A stretch of 64,000 nucleotides of DNA from a bacterium (GTDB lineage: Bacteria > Electryoneota > RPQS01). Under the pieces are notes generated by a model that was not told the DNA's origin, did not search any database, and saw nothing but the letters and a program-made list of their open reading frames with translations. The stretch spans positions 4,957-68,956 of the forward strand of contig JAHDVH010000002.1 in NCBI GenBank assembly GCA_023382385.1, given 5' to 3'. The number at the start of each line of letters is the position of its first letter. Positions within the stretch are counted from its first letter, which is position 1. Positions 49,758 to 58,936 of the stretch are shown here, piece by piece. Position numbers and translations under genes: made by a program.

Positions 49758-50219
49758 ATGAACAAAACTCTTCTGTTACTCCTCCTCCCTGCCTTACTAT
49801 TGGCACAGTCAGAGAGCGAGAATTTCGTCTTGACAAAGTCTGTGGTCAACGCTGGCGGCGGCGGCGCAAGTTCCGCGAATTTCAATCTCGTTTCTTCGTT
49901 CGGCCAGCCGACGCCGGTAGGTGTGCAATCGAGCGAGAACTTCACGCTCTTTGCAGGTTTCCTGTCGCCGACTCTGTCGGTCTCACCCCTGTCGCCGATT
50001 CAACAATTGGTGATCAGGCAGGCACAACCGGACGCCGTACTCTACTGGGAAGAAATTCCCGGAGCAACCAGCTATTCTGTGCATCGCGACGCAGCTTATA
50101 ACTTTTCCCCCGGCCCGGGGAACTTCGTCGGAACCGTTACAGGTACGTCGTTCACAGACACAAATGTGCTGTCAGGGCCGGCCATCCAGCAGTACTACAT
50201 AGTCATCGTGAACAGGTAG
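49758..50219 (+). CDS. Small secreted protein (putative fibre adaptor/anchor) with C-terminal FN3-like tail
   Basis: Signal peptide. SVVNAGGG..SSANFNLVSSFGQP...SSENFTLFAGF domain. Tail LVI..LYW..GATSY..GTSF..YYIV. Starts 11 nt after the fibre 3 stop. Confidence 0.8.
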   Translation: MNKTLLLLLLPALLLAQSESENFVLTKSVVNAGGGGASSANFNLVSSFGQPTPVGVQSSENFTLFAGFLSPTLSVSPLSPIQQLVIRQAQPDAVLYWEEIPGATSYSVHRDAAYNFSPGPGNFVGTVTGTSFTDTNVLSGPAIQQYYIVIVNR

Positions 50220-50274
50220 CTAAACCATTGACGGTCGAACTCGAAAGCTTGTCGTCACAATTAGAACCAAATGC

Positions 50275-50299
50275 AAGGGCTGCCCGCGAGGCAGCCCTT
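50275..50299. terminator. Probable bidirectional terminator
   Basis: aagggctgcc/ggcagccctt inverted repeat between convergent genes. Confidence 0.7.
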
Positions 50300-50323
50300 T
50301 TCAACATAGTGCGAATCAGGGTG

Positions 50324-51211
50324 CTACATGGCGTCATAAGCAGGTTTGAGCGCATTCACCGCAAAGTCTTCAAATTTCGTTGAAGTGGTGGATTCCGCAT
50401 TGCGTTTGTAGTCCAAGAGTCCCGAATTGAATCCGGAGTATAACTCGCAGAACAAATCCGCGATCTTTTCTGGCACACCGGCTCCCACCAGCCCTTGCTT
50501 CATCTGCTCGAGCGTAAACTCAACGTAGGGCAACTCCTTAATGCCGAGAGTTGAACCAAGGATCTTCGCAACCTCTGCTCCGGCAATATCCCGCGGACCC
50601 AGCACGTACTGCACGTTCTTTCCATTAAAATTCAGAGCCGTTAGTCGCTTGGCTGCATAGTGACCGATGTCCGCCGTTGCTACAAATGGCCACAGAGCCT
50701 CTGCGGGACATGCCGCGCCGTAGATTCCCATCTTCTTGATGAGGCCAAGCGAGCCGAACGTATTCTCCATGAAAAACCCCGCGCGCAAATGCAGCGTGTT
50801 GAGATCCGGAATACCGTCCAACTGCTTCTCCAGGTAATGAAGTCCGTTGACAGGTCCGACACCTGTGGCATGATTCGCACCGATACTGCTGAGCGAAACG
50901 ACGTGCTGCACCCCGACCGACGCCAGCGCATCGCACAGGTTGTCCGTCACCTCGTCCTGATACCTGCGAAAATCTGCGGTTCCGAAATTGGGCGGAATCA
51001 TAACATAAGCAGCTCGTGATCCGTCCAAAGAACGCTTCAATGCTTCCTGATTCAAGATGTCGGCTTCAAAAGCATCTGCACCGTGTGCCGATAAACTTGC
51101 AAGTTTGTCTTTTGTGCGCGCGACGGCCCGCACTTTATGTCCTGCTTTCAGCAAGTCTTCAACGACTAATCGCCCCGTGTTGCCGGTCGCACCGATTACA
51201 GTGTATTGCAT
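50324..51211 (-). CDS. NmrA-family NAD(P)-binding protein
   Basis: VIGATGNTG, VSLSSIGA, LRAGFFMEN and VATADIG. GAGG upstream of ATG 51211. Confidence 0.9.
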   Translation of the reverse strand: MQYTVIGATGNTGRLVVEDLLKAGHKVRAVARTKDKLASLSAHGADAFEADILNQEALKRSLDGSRAAYVMIPPNFGTADFRRYQDEVTDNLCDALASVGVQHVVSLSSIGANHATGVGPVNGLHYLEKQLDGIPDLNTLHLRAGFFMENTFGSLGLIKKMGIYGAACPAEALWPFVATADIGHYAAKRLTALNFNGKNVQYVLGPRDIAGAEVAKILGSTLGIKELPYVEFTLEQMKQGLVGAGVPEKIADLFCELYSGFNSGLLDYKRNAESTTSTKFEDFAVNALKPAYDAM

Positions 51212-51225
51212 GGATTCCTCGGCTC

Positions 51226-52710
51226 TCAAGTGAGTGACAACCCGAAAGGATTGATCGGCTTCCCTGTCACGCCGGCGAGGACAGTCTTAGTCTCGAGATA
51301 GCCGTCAAGTGTCTCCATCGCCATTTCCCTTCCGAAGCCCGATTGCTTATACCCTCCGAACGGCAGACCGGGCAGAGCAGTCGCAGGCGTATTGAGTGTG
51401 ACGATTCCGGAGTGCAAACCGCGAATGAATCTCGTTGCGCGCGGCATGCTTTCGGTGTAAAGTGTCGCGCACAAGCCGTATTTCACGGCGTTCGCCTTCG
51501 CCAAAGCCTCATCGTCGCTTTGCACCCTTGAAATCACCACTATCGGTCCGAAAATTTCCTCCTGCACGCAGAGATTGTCTTCGGGCAGGTCCGTAATAAC
51601 GGTCGGTGCGAAGAAGCAACCTTTGTCAAAGATGCCGCCTTTCAGCTGCTCGCCGCCGCACAGAATCTTCCCTCCTCCCTGCTTGGCAGCTTCAACGAAC
51701 TTATGCATGATTGCGAGACGAGAAACATGTGAGAGCGAACCGATGTGCGTACTTTTGTCAAGTGGATCTCCGACGATGAGCTGCTTCGTCGCGGCGATGA
51801 ATTTCTCGACGAAAGCGTCATACTGACTCTCGTGTACATAAATGCGCGAACGCGCATCGCAACTCTGACCTGCGCCGTAGAAGATCGTGTAGACGCTGGA
51901 CAGCACGGCATCGTTCAGGTTGGCATCTTCACAGACAATCGCTGGTGACTTACCGCCTAATTCCAGCATCAGGCGCTTCATGTCATTGGCACATTCCTTC
52001 ATAATGACGCGCCCGGTCTCCGTTCCGCCGGTAAACGTGATCTTGTTGACTGCGGGATGCCTGACCAGTGCCGCGCCGGCGGACTCACCGAGACCGTGCA
52101 CGAGATTGACCGTGCCCTCCGGACACCCTGCTTCATGCAGAATTTCAACCAGCACATTCGCAGAGCATGGCGCGATTTCGGAAGGCTTAAGGACGACCGT
52201 GCAGCCCGCCGCAAGTGCCGGAGCAAGCTTCCACGATTCGAGCATGATGGGATAATTCCACGGCGTAATCGCACCGACCACACCGACGGGTTCGCGCAGC
52301 GTATAGCCGAAGAATACCGGATGGATCGGCGGCACACGGCCTTCAGTTTTGCTGGCCGCGCCGGCGAAATACTCAAAATCCTCGATTGCCTGTTTGACTT
52401 CTCCCATGACGTGCATCACAGGCTTGCCCATGTTGCGCGACTCGAGTTCGGCAATTTCCTTGGCGCGAGCTGCGAGCAATTCTGCAGCTTTAAAGAGAAT
52501 TTTCGTGCGTGCGCTCGCTGTCAGGCGGCCCCACTTGCTGAGAAGAGCGGCACGTGCGGAGGCTACGGCCTTGTCAATATCCTCGGAACCGGAGAGCGGG
52601 ATACTGCCCAGCGCTTCGCCCGTTGCGGGATTCGTCAATGCGAGTGTCTTGCCGCTATGAGCCGGCAGATGCTCGCCGTTGATAATGTTTGGGTAGAGTT
52701 TTTCAGACAT
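51226..52710 (-). CDS. Aldehyde dehydrogenase
   Basis: ITPWNYP, FTGGTETG, LELGGKSP, GQSC, EEIFGP and PFGGYKQSG. Confidence 0.95.
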   Translation of the reverse strand: MSEKLYPNIINGEHLPAHSGKTLALTNPATGEALGSIPLSGSEDIDKAVASARAALLSKWGRLTASARTKILFKAAELLAARAKEIAELESRNMGKPVMHVMGEVKQAIEDFEYFAGAASKTEGRVPPIHPVFFGYTLREPVGVVGAITPWNYPIMLESWKLAPALAAGCTVVLKPSEIAPCSANVLVEILHEAGCPEGTVNLVHGLGESAGAALVRHPAVNKITFTGGTETGRVIMKECANDMKRLMLELGGKSPAIVCEDANLNDAVLSSVYTIFYGAGQSCDARSRIYVHESQYDAFVEKFIAATKQLIVGDPLDKSTHIGSLSHVSRLAIMHKFVEAAKQGGGKILCGGEQLKGGIFDKGCFFAPTVITDLPEDNLCVQEEIFGPIVVISRVQSDDEALAKANAVKYGLCATLYTESMPRATRFIRGLHSGIVTLNTPATALPGLPFGGYKQSGFGREMAMETLDGYLETKTVLAGVTGKPINPFGLSLT

Positions 52711-52756
52711 GTTATTGGGTGATAGGTTGAGGCTGACGCGTTGACTTTAAGAGTCG

Positions 52757-53536
52757 CTAACGTCCCTTAAATTGCGGCTTGCGCTTCTCGTTGAACGCGG
52801 CGACGCCTTCGCGGTAGTCTTCCGTCTTGCCGAGAATATCCTGCAAATACGCCTCGTAGTCGAGCGCCTCGTCAAGGCCTACGGCCGACGACTTGTTGAA
52901 CGCGCGCTTGATGGCACCGATGGCCTTGGTCGGTGAACTCGCATACGTCGTCGCAAGTTCCATTGCAACGCTATCAAGCTTATCATGCTCGACCACTTTA
53001 TCGACGAGATTTAATCGCAGCGCCTCGTCCGCCTTGATCGGACGGCCTGTAGTGCAAATCTCGAATGCCTTGTGGTATCCCAGCAACCGCGGCAGGATCC
53101 ACGTCGATCCCGTATCGGGCACCAACCCGACATTGACAAAGGCTTGCAGCATGGAAGCCTGGTCGGACGCGATCCGAAGGTCACAGGCCAGCGCGAGGGA
53201 CATGCCCGCTCCCGCCGCGACGCCGTTGATCGCGCAAATGACCGGTTTCTCAAGCTCCCGAATGCGCAGGATATTCGGGTTATAGTTGTTACGAAGACGG
53301 TCGGCAAGACTCGTGTTCGGGTCGTCCTTCACTTCCTTCAAGTCCTGTCCGCTGCAAAACGCCTTGCCTGCTCCTGTCAATATCACGCTGCGGACGTCGT
53401 TATCCTTCGCGGCACTCTTCAACGCGTCTGCAAGTTCCTTGTGCATGAGCGCGTTGAATGCATTGAAACGATCCGGCCGGTTCAGCGTAATCTTCAACAC
53501 TGCATCCGTGTGCTCGTAGAGAATGGTTTCGTACAT
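52757..53536 (-). CDS. paaG: PaaG-like enoyl-CoA hydratase/isomerase
   Basis: AFCSGQDL, YNP, NGVAAGAGMSLALACD and GLVPDTG (Asp-type, PaaG-like). Confidence 0.7.
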   Translation of the reverse strand: MYETILYEHTDAVLKITLNRPDRFNAFNALMHKELADALKSAAKDNDVRSVILTGAGKAFCSGQDLKEVKDDPNTSLADRLRNNYNPNILRIRELEKPVICAINGVAAGAGMSLALACDLRIASDQASMLQAFVNVGLVPDTGSTWILPRLLGYHKAFEICTTGRPIKADEALRLNLVDKVVEHDKLDSVAMELATTYASSPTKAIGAIKRAFNKSSAVGLDEALDYEAYLQDILGKTEDYREGVAAFNEKRKPQFKGR

Positions 53537-53537
53537 T

Positions 53538-54314
53538 CTAATTCCCCGTAAACTTCGCGGTTCGTTTCTCGATAAAGGCCTTCATACCTTCCTTCTGGTC
53601 TTCTGTGGAAAACAGCAGGTAGAAATTCTTGCGCTCGAACTCCAAACCGTCGAGCAGGAAAGATTCATAATTCTTCAGCACGGCCTCTTTCGCCAAGCGC
53701 ACGGCAACGGGCGACATCTGCGCGATCTCGCGCGCGAGTTTTTGTGCTTCGGACAGATACACTTCGACAGGCACAACACGATTGACAAGCCCCCACGCTT
53801 CGGCCTGCTTCGCGCTGATGAACTTTCCGGTCAACACCATCTCCATTGCCCGCGCCTTGCCGATGATGCGCGTGAGTCTCTGCGTGCCGCCTGCGCCGGG
53901 CATGACGCCAATCTTGATCTCCGGCTGTCCGAACTGCGCAGTCTCACTTGCAATGACCATATCGCAGTGCATCATCAATTCGCAGCCTCCGCCCAGTGCG
54001 AAACCCGACACCGCCGCGATGATCGGCTTCTTGACCTTGCGGATTCTATCCCATTTGGCGAATTGATCGCGGCGCAGCATTTCAGTTGAGTCAGCGTCGG
54101 CCATTTCCATGATGTCGGCTCCGGCCGCAAACGCGCGCTGGTCTCCGGTCAATACTATCGCGCGAATCTCGTCGTCGCTGTCGAGCGTTTCAAGCGTGGC
54201 CACCAGTTCGTCCATCAGCGCCATGTTAAGCGCATTAAGCTGCTTCGGGCGATTCAGAAAGACTGTGGCAACGTGTCCGTCGCGCTCGAGTTTGAGAAAC
54301 TGCAAGTCACTCAT
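53538..54314 (-). CDS. paaF: PaaF-like enoyl-CoA hydratase
   Basis: AFAAGADI, GFALGGGCEL and GQPEIKIGVMPGAGGTQRL (two catalytic Glu). Confidence 0.75.
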   Translation of the reverse strand: MSDLQFLKLERDGHVATVFLNRPKQLNALNMALMDELVATLETLDSDDEIRAIVLTGDQRAFAAGADIMEMADADSTEMLRRDQFAKWDRIRKVKKPIIAAVSGFALGGGCELMMHCDMVIASETAQFGQPEIKIGVMPGAGGTQRLTRIIGKARAMEMVLTGKFISAKQAEAWGLVNRVVPVEVYLSEAQKLAREIAQMSPVAVRLAKEAVLKNYESFLLDGLEFERKNFYLLFSTEDQKEGMKAFIEKRTAKFTGN

Positions 54315-54317
54315 GGT

Positions 54318-55163
54318 CTATTTTCTTACCAATCTTTCCCGTACCATTTTGTAATCCGGCTTGCGTTTTTCATTGAATGCTGTTACCGCCTCGCGGACTT
54401 CAGGGGAGCTGGAGTGAACACCGAGCCAGTCGCGTGCGTGCTGAATCGTCTGCGACCACGACGCGTCGCGCCAGTAGTTAAGCTGCGTCTTAAGATAACG
54501 CACGCACTCCGGCAACTTGTTCTCGAGCTTCGTTGCCATTTCCTCAACTGCCTGGTCAAGCTGTGCGCGCGGCACAACCTGATTGACGAGTCCCCATTCG
54601 AGCGCCTTCTGTGCAGGAATCTCTTCGCACAGGAACAGGATCTCCCGCGCGCGACGATCTCCGACGATTATCGGCAGGAATTGCGATGCACCCGCCGCAG
54701 CAACTGATCCGTGAGCCGCGCCAACCTGCCGAATATAGATATCTTCCGCCGCGATCGCAAGATCACAGCTGATATTGAACTCATTGCCGCCACCGACCAC
54801 GATGCCGTTTAACCGTGCGATGGTAGGTTTGCCCAGCGCGCGCAATTTCTCATGAGCGTCAATGAACGCTCCCATCCATTTCCAGTAGTCCTGCGGGCGG
54901 TCGAGAAATTGCAGTTGCTCCTGCAGGTCAGCTCCGGTGCAAAAGGCACGGTCGCCCGCGCCGGAAAGAATCATCACCGCGACTGCGTCATCAAATGCCA
55001 CGTCGTCAAACGCCACGCAAAGCTCTTTCAGCATCGGGTAGTGCACGCAGTTCAGCTTTTCTGGTCGGTTAAACGTCACGTAGGCGCGCGCGCCTTTCTT
55101 CTCATACGTGATGTAATCAAACTTGAAACTCTCCGCAGGGCGTGGCTGAAAGTCCTTTGTCAT
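54318..55163 (-). CDS. Crotonase-family enzyme of the BadI/Oah/MenB (C-C hydrolase) branch
   Basis: AFCTGAD, RLNGIVVGGGNE, QVGAAHGSV and VGDRRAREILFLCE. Confidence 0.75.
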   Translation of the reverse strand: MTKDFQPRPAESFKFDYITYEKKGARAYVTFNRPEKLNCVHYPMLKELCVAFDDVAFDDAVAVMILSGAGDRAFCTGADLQEQLQFLDRPQDYWKWMGAFIDAHEKLRALGKPTIARLNGIVVGGGNEFNISCDLAIAAEDIYIRQVGAAHGSVAAAGASQFLPIIVGDRRAREILFLCEEIPAQKALEWGLVNQVVPRAQLDQAVEEMATKLENKLPECVRYLKTQLNYWRDASWSQTIQHARDWLGVHSSSPEVREAVTAFNEKRKPDYKMVRERLVRK

Positions 55164-55468
55164 GCGCGCGGATCCGTTTCCGCCGTCTGAAACTCGACGA
55201 GTCCCTGGGCAAAGCTCATCAGATTCGCGCCCGCATCCGCCATCTCCTGCGATTTCATGCCCGCCTTGAACGTGTCCTTGTCCGCAAACGAGAGCACCGC
55301 CATCATGTAGTATGGCGCGGGGCCGTTCTTGCCCGGCCAGAATTTATGCGCCTGCAAGCCGAGCAAACCCGGCACTTTCTTGATGAGCGGGATATGTGTT
55401 TCCCAATACGCTTTGTCGAACGCATCGGCATCCTGCGGATGCTTGTAAAAGGCAATGAAATTGACCAT
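55160..55468 (-). CDS. EthD family protein
   Basis: AFDKAYWETHIPL..KVPGL and AVLSFADK. 102 aa. Confidence 0.88.
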   Translation of the reverse strand: MVNFIAFYKHPQDADAFDKAYWETHIPLIKKVPGLLGLQAHKFWPGKNGPAPYYMMAVLSFADKDTFKAGMKSQEMADAGANLMSFAQGLVEFQTAETDPRA

Positions 55469-55498
55469 GTCTCTGTTTTTCTATTCTCAATTCGTTGT

Positions 55499-55954
55499 TT
55501 ACTTTTTCAGTTCCCACAGATGGTCCTCAATCCCCCATCCTCCGGCACCGGAACCCCAATCAGGATAAGCACGACGATGAAGCTCTTTGAGTTTGTCGCT
55601 GGACAACACGACCTGATGAACCTCACCCTCACCGATCAGTCGTTCGCCTTGAAACGCTTTCACTTCACAAAAGAGATAGTTCCCGTGCAAGCGCGTGCAC
55701 TCTGCGACGAAGCGCAATTCCTGTCCGATTCCCGCAGGATTGTGGTGGCGGACAAAGACACCTGTGCCGATGCCGTCTTCTCCGTAGTCAAGATGCGGTT
55801 CAAGTACGAGCCGGCTGACATATTCCGAGTGATAGGTCAACCAATAGGTCGAATAGAAGGGGTGCAAGGGCCGTCCTTCGAAATAGACGGTCATTCGCGA
55901 TTCGACCATGAACCGGAATTCAGCGCGGCTGCCGACGGTAAGAGTTGGTTTCAA
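55499..55954 (-). CDS. Hotdog-fold thioesterase (fluoroacetyl-CoA thioesterase-like)
   Basis: FYSTYWL..SE, GIGTGVFVRH..PA and LIGEGEV (Thr/Glu/His pattern). Confidence 0.8.
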   Translation of the reverse strand: MKPTLTVGSRAEFRFMVESRMTVYFEGRPLHPFYSTYWLTYHSEYVSRLVLEPHLDYGEDGIGTGVFVRHHNPAGIGQELRFVAECTRLHGNYLFCEVKAFQGERLIGEGEVHQVVLSSDKLKELHRRAYPDWGSGAGGWGIEDHLWELKK

Positions 55955-56102
55955 CGGAGCTTACAGGGTGTGTTGGCGGGATAACTCAAGCTGTTGAGTA
56001 TAGCGTATTTTGGCAACTTTTGCAACTCTGTCACACTCGAGGAGCTTGACAATTTCGGACTGCGAACATAGATTTCTGGCAACTTATCGCACGGAGGAAA
56101 GC

Positions 56103-56777
56103 ATGTCTCACGCGCGCTGCATCACTCCAATCACACTTCTGGCACTTCTCGCCTTGCCATTCACTACCATTGCCTTTGAACGGGTCACTCCACCGGATTC
56201 CTCTCTGACAAATTGGCAGTGGCCCTTTGTGCTCAATTGGACATCCGAGTCAAACCTTGAAGGCGAATCGGTCTACTACATCTTCCACCTCGAAACATCC
56301 TACTTCGAAGAAGCTGTCTCGCCCCGAGACGCCGTTGTTACCGACACGTTCATGAATGTCCAAATTGATATTCCCGTGCTGTCGTTGGACGATATCTACG
56401 AGTTTCGCTGGCGTGTCTGGGCGTCAGACGGACAGGACACGGTTGAAGCTCTGAACGGTGAAGGTTTCTTCCAAATGGTCATTCCCGAAAACGCGGATGA
56501 GACACACTTGGTTCCCACGTCAGTAGATCTTCTCGCCTATCCCAACCCGTTCAATCCTGCAACATCGCTGAGTTTTTCGTTGGATAAGCCGCAACGTGTA
56601 GTACTCGCTCTCTATGATGTTCGTGGCCGCCATGTTTCGTCGCTCGCAAGTGAAGTGATGACCGCAGGTCCACACATTGTGACGGTTGACGGATCCGCGT
56701 TGCCCAGCGGAGTCTATTTTGCCAGCTTTCTGTCAGGAGCACAATCGAAGTTGGTTAAGCTTATCTTGCTCAAATAG
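56103..56777 (+). CDS. Small secreted protein with T9SS-type C-terminal domain
   Basis: GGAGG RBS and signal peptide. Ig-like region WRVWASDG. AYPNPFNP...LYDVRGR...SGVYFA...KLILLK. Confidence 0.85.
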   Translation: MSHARCITPITLLALLALPFTTIAFERVTPPDSSLTNWQWPFVLNWTSESNLEGESVYYIFHLETSYFEEAVSPRDAVVTDTFMNVQIDIPVLSLDDIYEFRWRVWASDGQDTVEALNGEGFFQMVIPENADETHLVPTSVDLLAYPNPFNPATSLSFSLDKPQRVVLALYDVRGRHVSSLASEVMTAGPHIVTVDGSALPSGVYFASFLSGAQSKLVKLILLK

Positions 56778-56802
56778 AGCCGATCCCACGTTTACATGCA
56801 AG

Positions 56803-56825
56803 AGGCGCATCCACGCGGTGCGCCT
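56803..56825. terminator. Possible terminator
   Basis: aggcgca...tgcgcct hairpin followed by ttctctt, between convergent genes. Confidence 0.55.
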
Positions 56826-56866
56826 TTCTCTTCCCCGATTATTCATACAGACAAGGAGTGTTTAAC

Positions 56867-57535
56867 TCAGCAGTATACGACGGTCAGCAACTCCACAATC
56901 CTCTCAAACTCTTTCTGATATTCCTTTTGAAAGGCCTCCCGAGAAGGCTCAAAGCCGGCTTCGACGAGCGACGTAACAAAGTCCCTGTGCGATCTTCCCC
57001 CTCGATAGTCCGGTTCCCGCGGCGGCTGCTTAAGATACCGTGACATCAACTCGACTTCACCGGACACATTGATCACGGCGTGATAGAACACGACATCACG
57101 GTTGCGGTAGAGCGCTGTGCCCGCAATCTTCCTTTCACCAAGCGCAATATCCGAAATGCCGCGATGCGCAAGTCCTCCGACACCGATTCTCTCAAACGCG
57201 TCGCACACGGCCTTGTTGAACAGCACGAAGTAATCCTTGGATTGAATCTGTTTGCGGCCATAGAGCGCGCACGATAGGCACCACATGTCGGGTGACAACA
57301 CGACCGAACATCCCCCGGATCTGCGCTTATAAACGGGCAGGCCGTCCTCCTCGACAGCTGCTTCATTCAACTCCAGTTCGCTCTTCGACCCGCTCCCAAT
57401 CACCACGCACGTGTGCTCCGGCACCCACAGCAGGAAACGCCCGGCGGAATCGTCGGGCGTCAAGAGCGTACTGTCCTGAAGGTTGTAGTCTTTGGTCTGC
57501 ACCGGTGTGGCGGAGGCAATCCGCCAGTCATTCAC
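56867..57535 (-). CDS. Lipoate-protein ligase family protein (catalytic domain only)
   Basis: KRRSGGCSV, SDI..GERKIAG and YRGGRSHRDF. Coupled to the E2 gene. Confidence 0.88.
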   Translation of the reverse strand: MNDWRIASATPVQTKDYNLQDSTLLTPDDSAGRFLLWVPEHTCVVIGSGSKSELELNEAAVEEDGLPVYKRRSGGCSVVLSPDMWCLSCALYGRKQIQSKDYFVLFNKAVCDAFERIGVGGLAHRGISDIALGERKIAGTALYRNRDVVFYHAVINVSGEVELMSRYLKQPPREPDYRGGRSHRDFVTSLVEAGFEPSREAFQKEYQKEFERIVELLTVVYC

Positions 57536-58920
57536 TACAGCATCAAAATATTCGTCGGGTCGGCCAGCATCAACACCAAATCGTTGACGAACCGCGCGCT
57601 GTCGCCGCCGTCCACGATGCGATGATCAAACGACAAACTCAGCGGCTGAATCCAGCCCTTCGCGATCTGATCGTTGAGGATAACCGGCTTCTGCAGGATG
57701 CGGCCGGTGCCAAGGATCGCAACTTCGGGATAGTTGATAACCGGCACACCGAAATTCCCATTCAGACTGCCGTAATTCGTAATCGTGAAGGTCCCGTCGC
57801 GAATTTCATCGAGCGTCAGTTTGCGTTCGCGTGCGCGATTGGAAAGATCCTCAATTTCGCGGGCAAGTTGCAGGATACCCTTCTGATCTGCGTTCTTGAT
57901 GTTCGGCACGACCAATCCGTCCGGCGTATCCACCGCCAAGCCGATATTGTAATACTGTTTGTAGACCACGCGGTTGCGCTCGAGATCGAGGGTTGCATTG
58001 AGCTTCTTATGTTTGCGCAGCGCGACACACACGGCCTTAATGATAAACGGCAGATAGGAGAGTTTGACGCCTTCGCGCTCAAGTTCCTTGTTCTTTTGCG
58101 CGCGCAAGGTGACGAGCTTCGAGACTTCCACCTCGTCGAGCGAGGTGGCGTGCGGAGCGGTGTATTTCGACTGCGACATGCGGTTGGCAATCGTGCGGCG
58201 CAATTGTGAGAGTTCTTCAATCTCCACCGGCCCGGGATACTCACCCGGAACGCTTGCGGGAGCGACCTTTGGAGCAGCAGGGGCGGCAGCCTGTGTCTTC
58301 ACCTGTCCTGCACTGACTGTTGCGGGCGCACTTCCGCTCGCTGCGGCAGCTTCGATATCCTGCTTCATCACGCGTCCGCCGGGCCCCGTGCCTTGTATCT
58401 TGCTGATATCAACGCCCATCTCGACGGCCATCTTCCGCGCGACCGGAGTGGCAATCACCTTTGCACCCTGTGACGCGCCGTTTACGGGAACGTCCGCACG
58501 TCCTTCGTTCGTGGAGGGCAGCACTTCGTCGCCGACTGGAATTTGTCCGACCACGCCGTACATGCCGTCTTCGTCCGTAGAGGCGGTTTTCTCTTTGGCC
58601 AGCGTCGGCGAACTGTGCTGCGTGGCAAAGTTCTCGTGATACGCTTCCGTTGGCGGCGGCGTGCTGAAGCTCACATCTTCTCCCTTGCCAACGATGACGG
58701 CGATCACCTGACCGACGTGCACGATCTCGTCCACCTTGCCGTTCGTCTGCGCGAGTTTGCCGGTTTGCGGAACGGGAATATCGGTCACGACCTTGTCGGT
58801 CTCGACTTTCAGCAGCGGATCGCCTTCCTTGACTTCGTCACCGGGCTTATGATACCACTCGAGGATCTTGCCTTCGTGGATACCTTCGCCGATGTCGGGG
58901 AATTGGAAATTGAAGGGCAT
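57535..58920 (-). CDS. pdhC: 2-oxo-acid (pyruvate) dehydrogenase E2 acyltransferase
   Basis: PDIGEGIHEG, VETDKV, GTGPGGRV and SFDHRIVDG. Confidence 0.9.
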   Translation of the reverse strand: MPFNFQFPDIGEGIHEGKILEWYHKPGDEVKEGDPLLKVETDKVVTDIPVPQTGKLAQTNGKVDEIVHVGQVIAVIVGKGEDVSFSTPPPTEAYHENFATQHSSPTLAKEKTASTDEDGMYGVVGQIPVGDEVLPSTNEGRADVPVNGASQGAKVIATPVARKMAVEMGVDISKIQGTGPGGRVMKQDIEAAAASGSAPATVSAGQVKTQAAAPAAPKVAPASVPGEYPGPVEIEELSQLRRTIANRMSQSKYTAPHATSLDEVEVSKLVTLRAQKNKELEREGVKLSYLPFIIKAVCVALRKHKKLNATLDLERNRVVYKQYYNIGLAVDTPDGLVVPNIKNADQKGILQLAREIEDLSNRARERKLTLDEIRDGTFTITNYGSLNGNFGVPVINYPEVAILGTGRILQKPVILNDQIAKGWIQPLSLSFDHRIVDGGDSARFVNDLVLMLADPTNILML

Positions 58921-58936
58921 ATCTATAGTCTCCTGC

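Noticed and set aside
57292-58209. 305-aa plus-strand ORF (similarly 55142..55984 and 32521..33402)
   Set aside because: These are antisense shadows of well-supported conserved genes.
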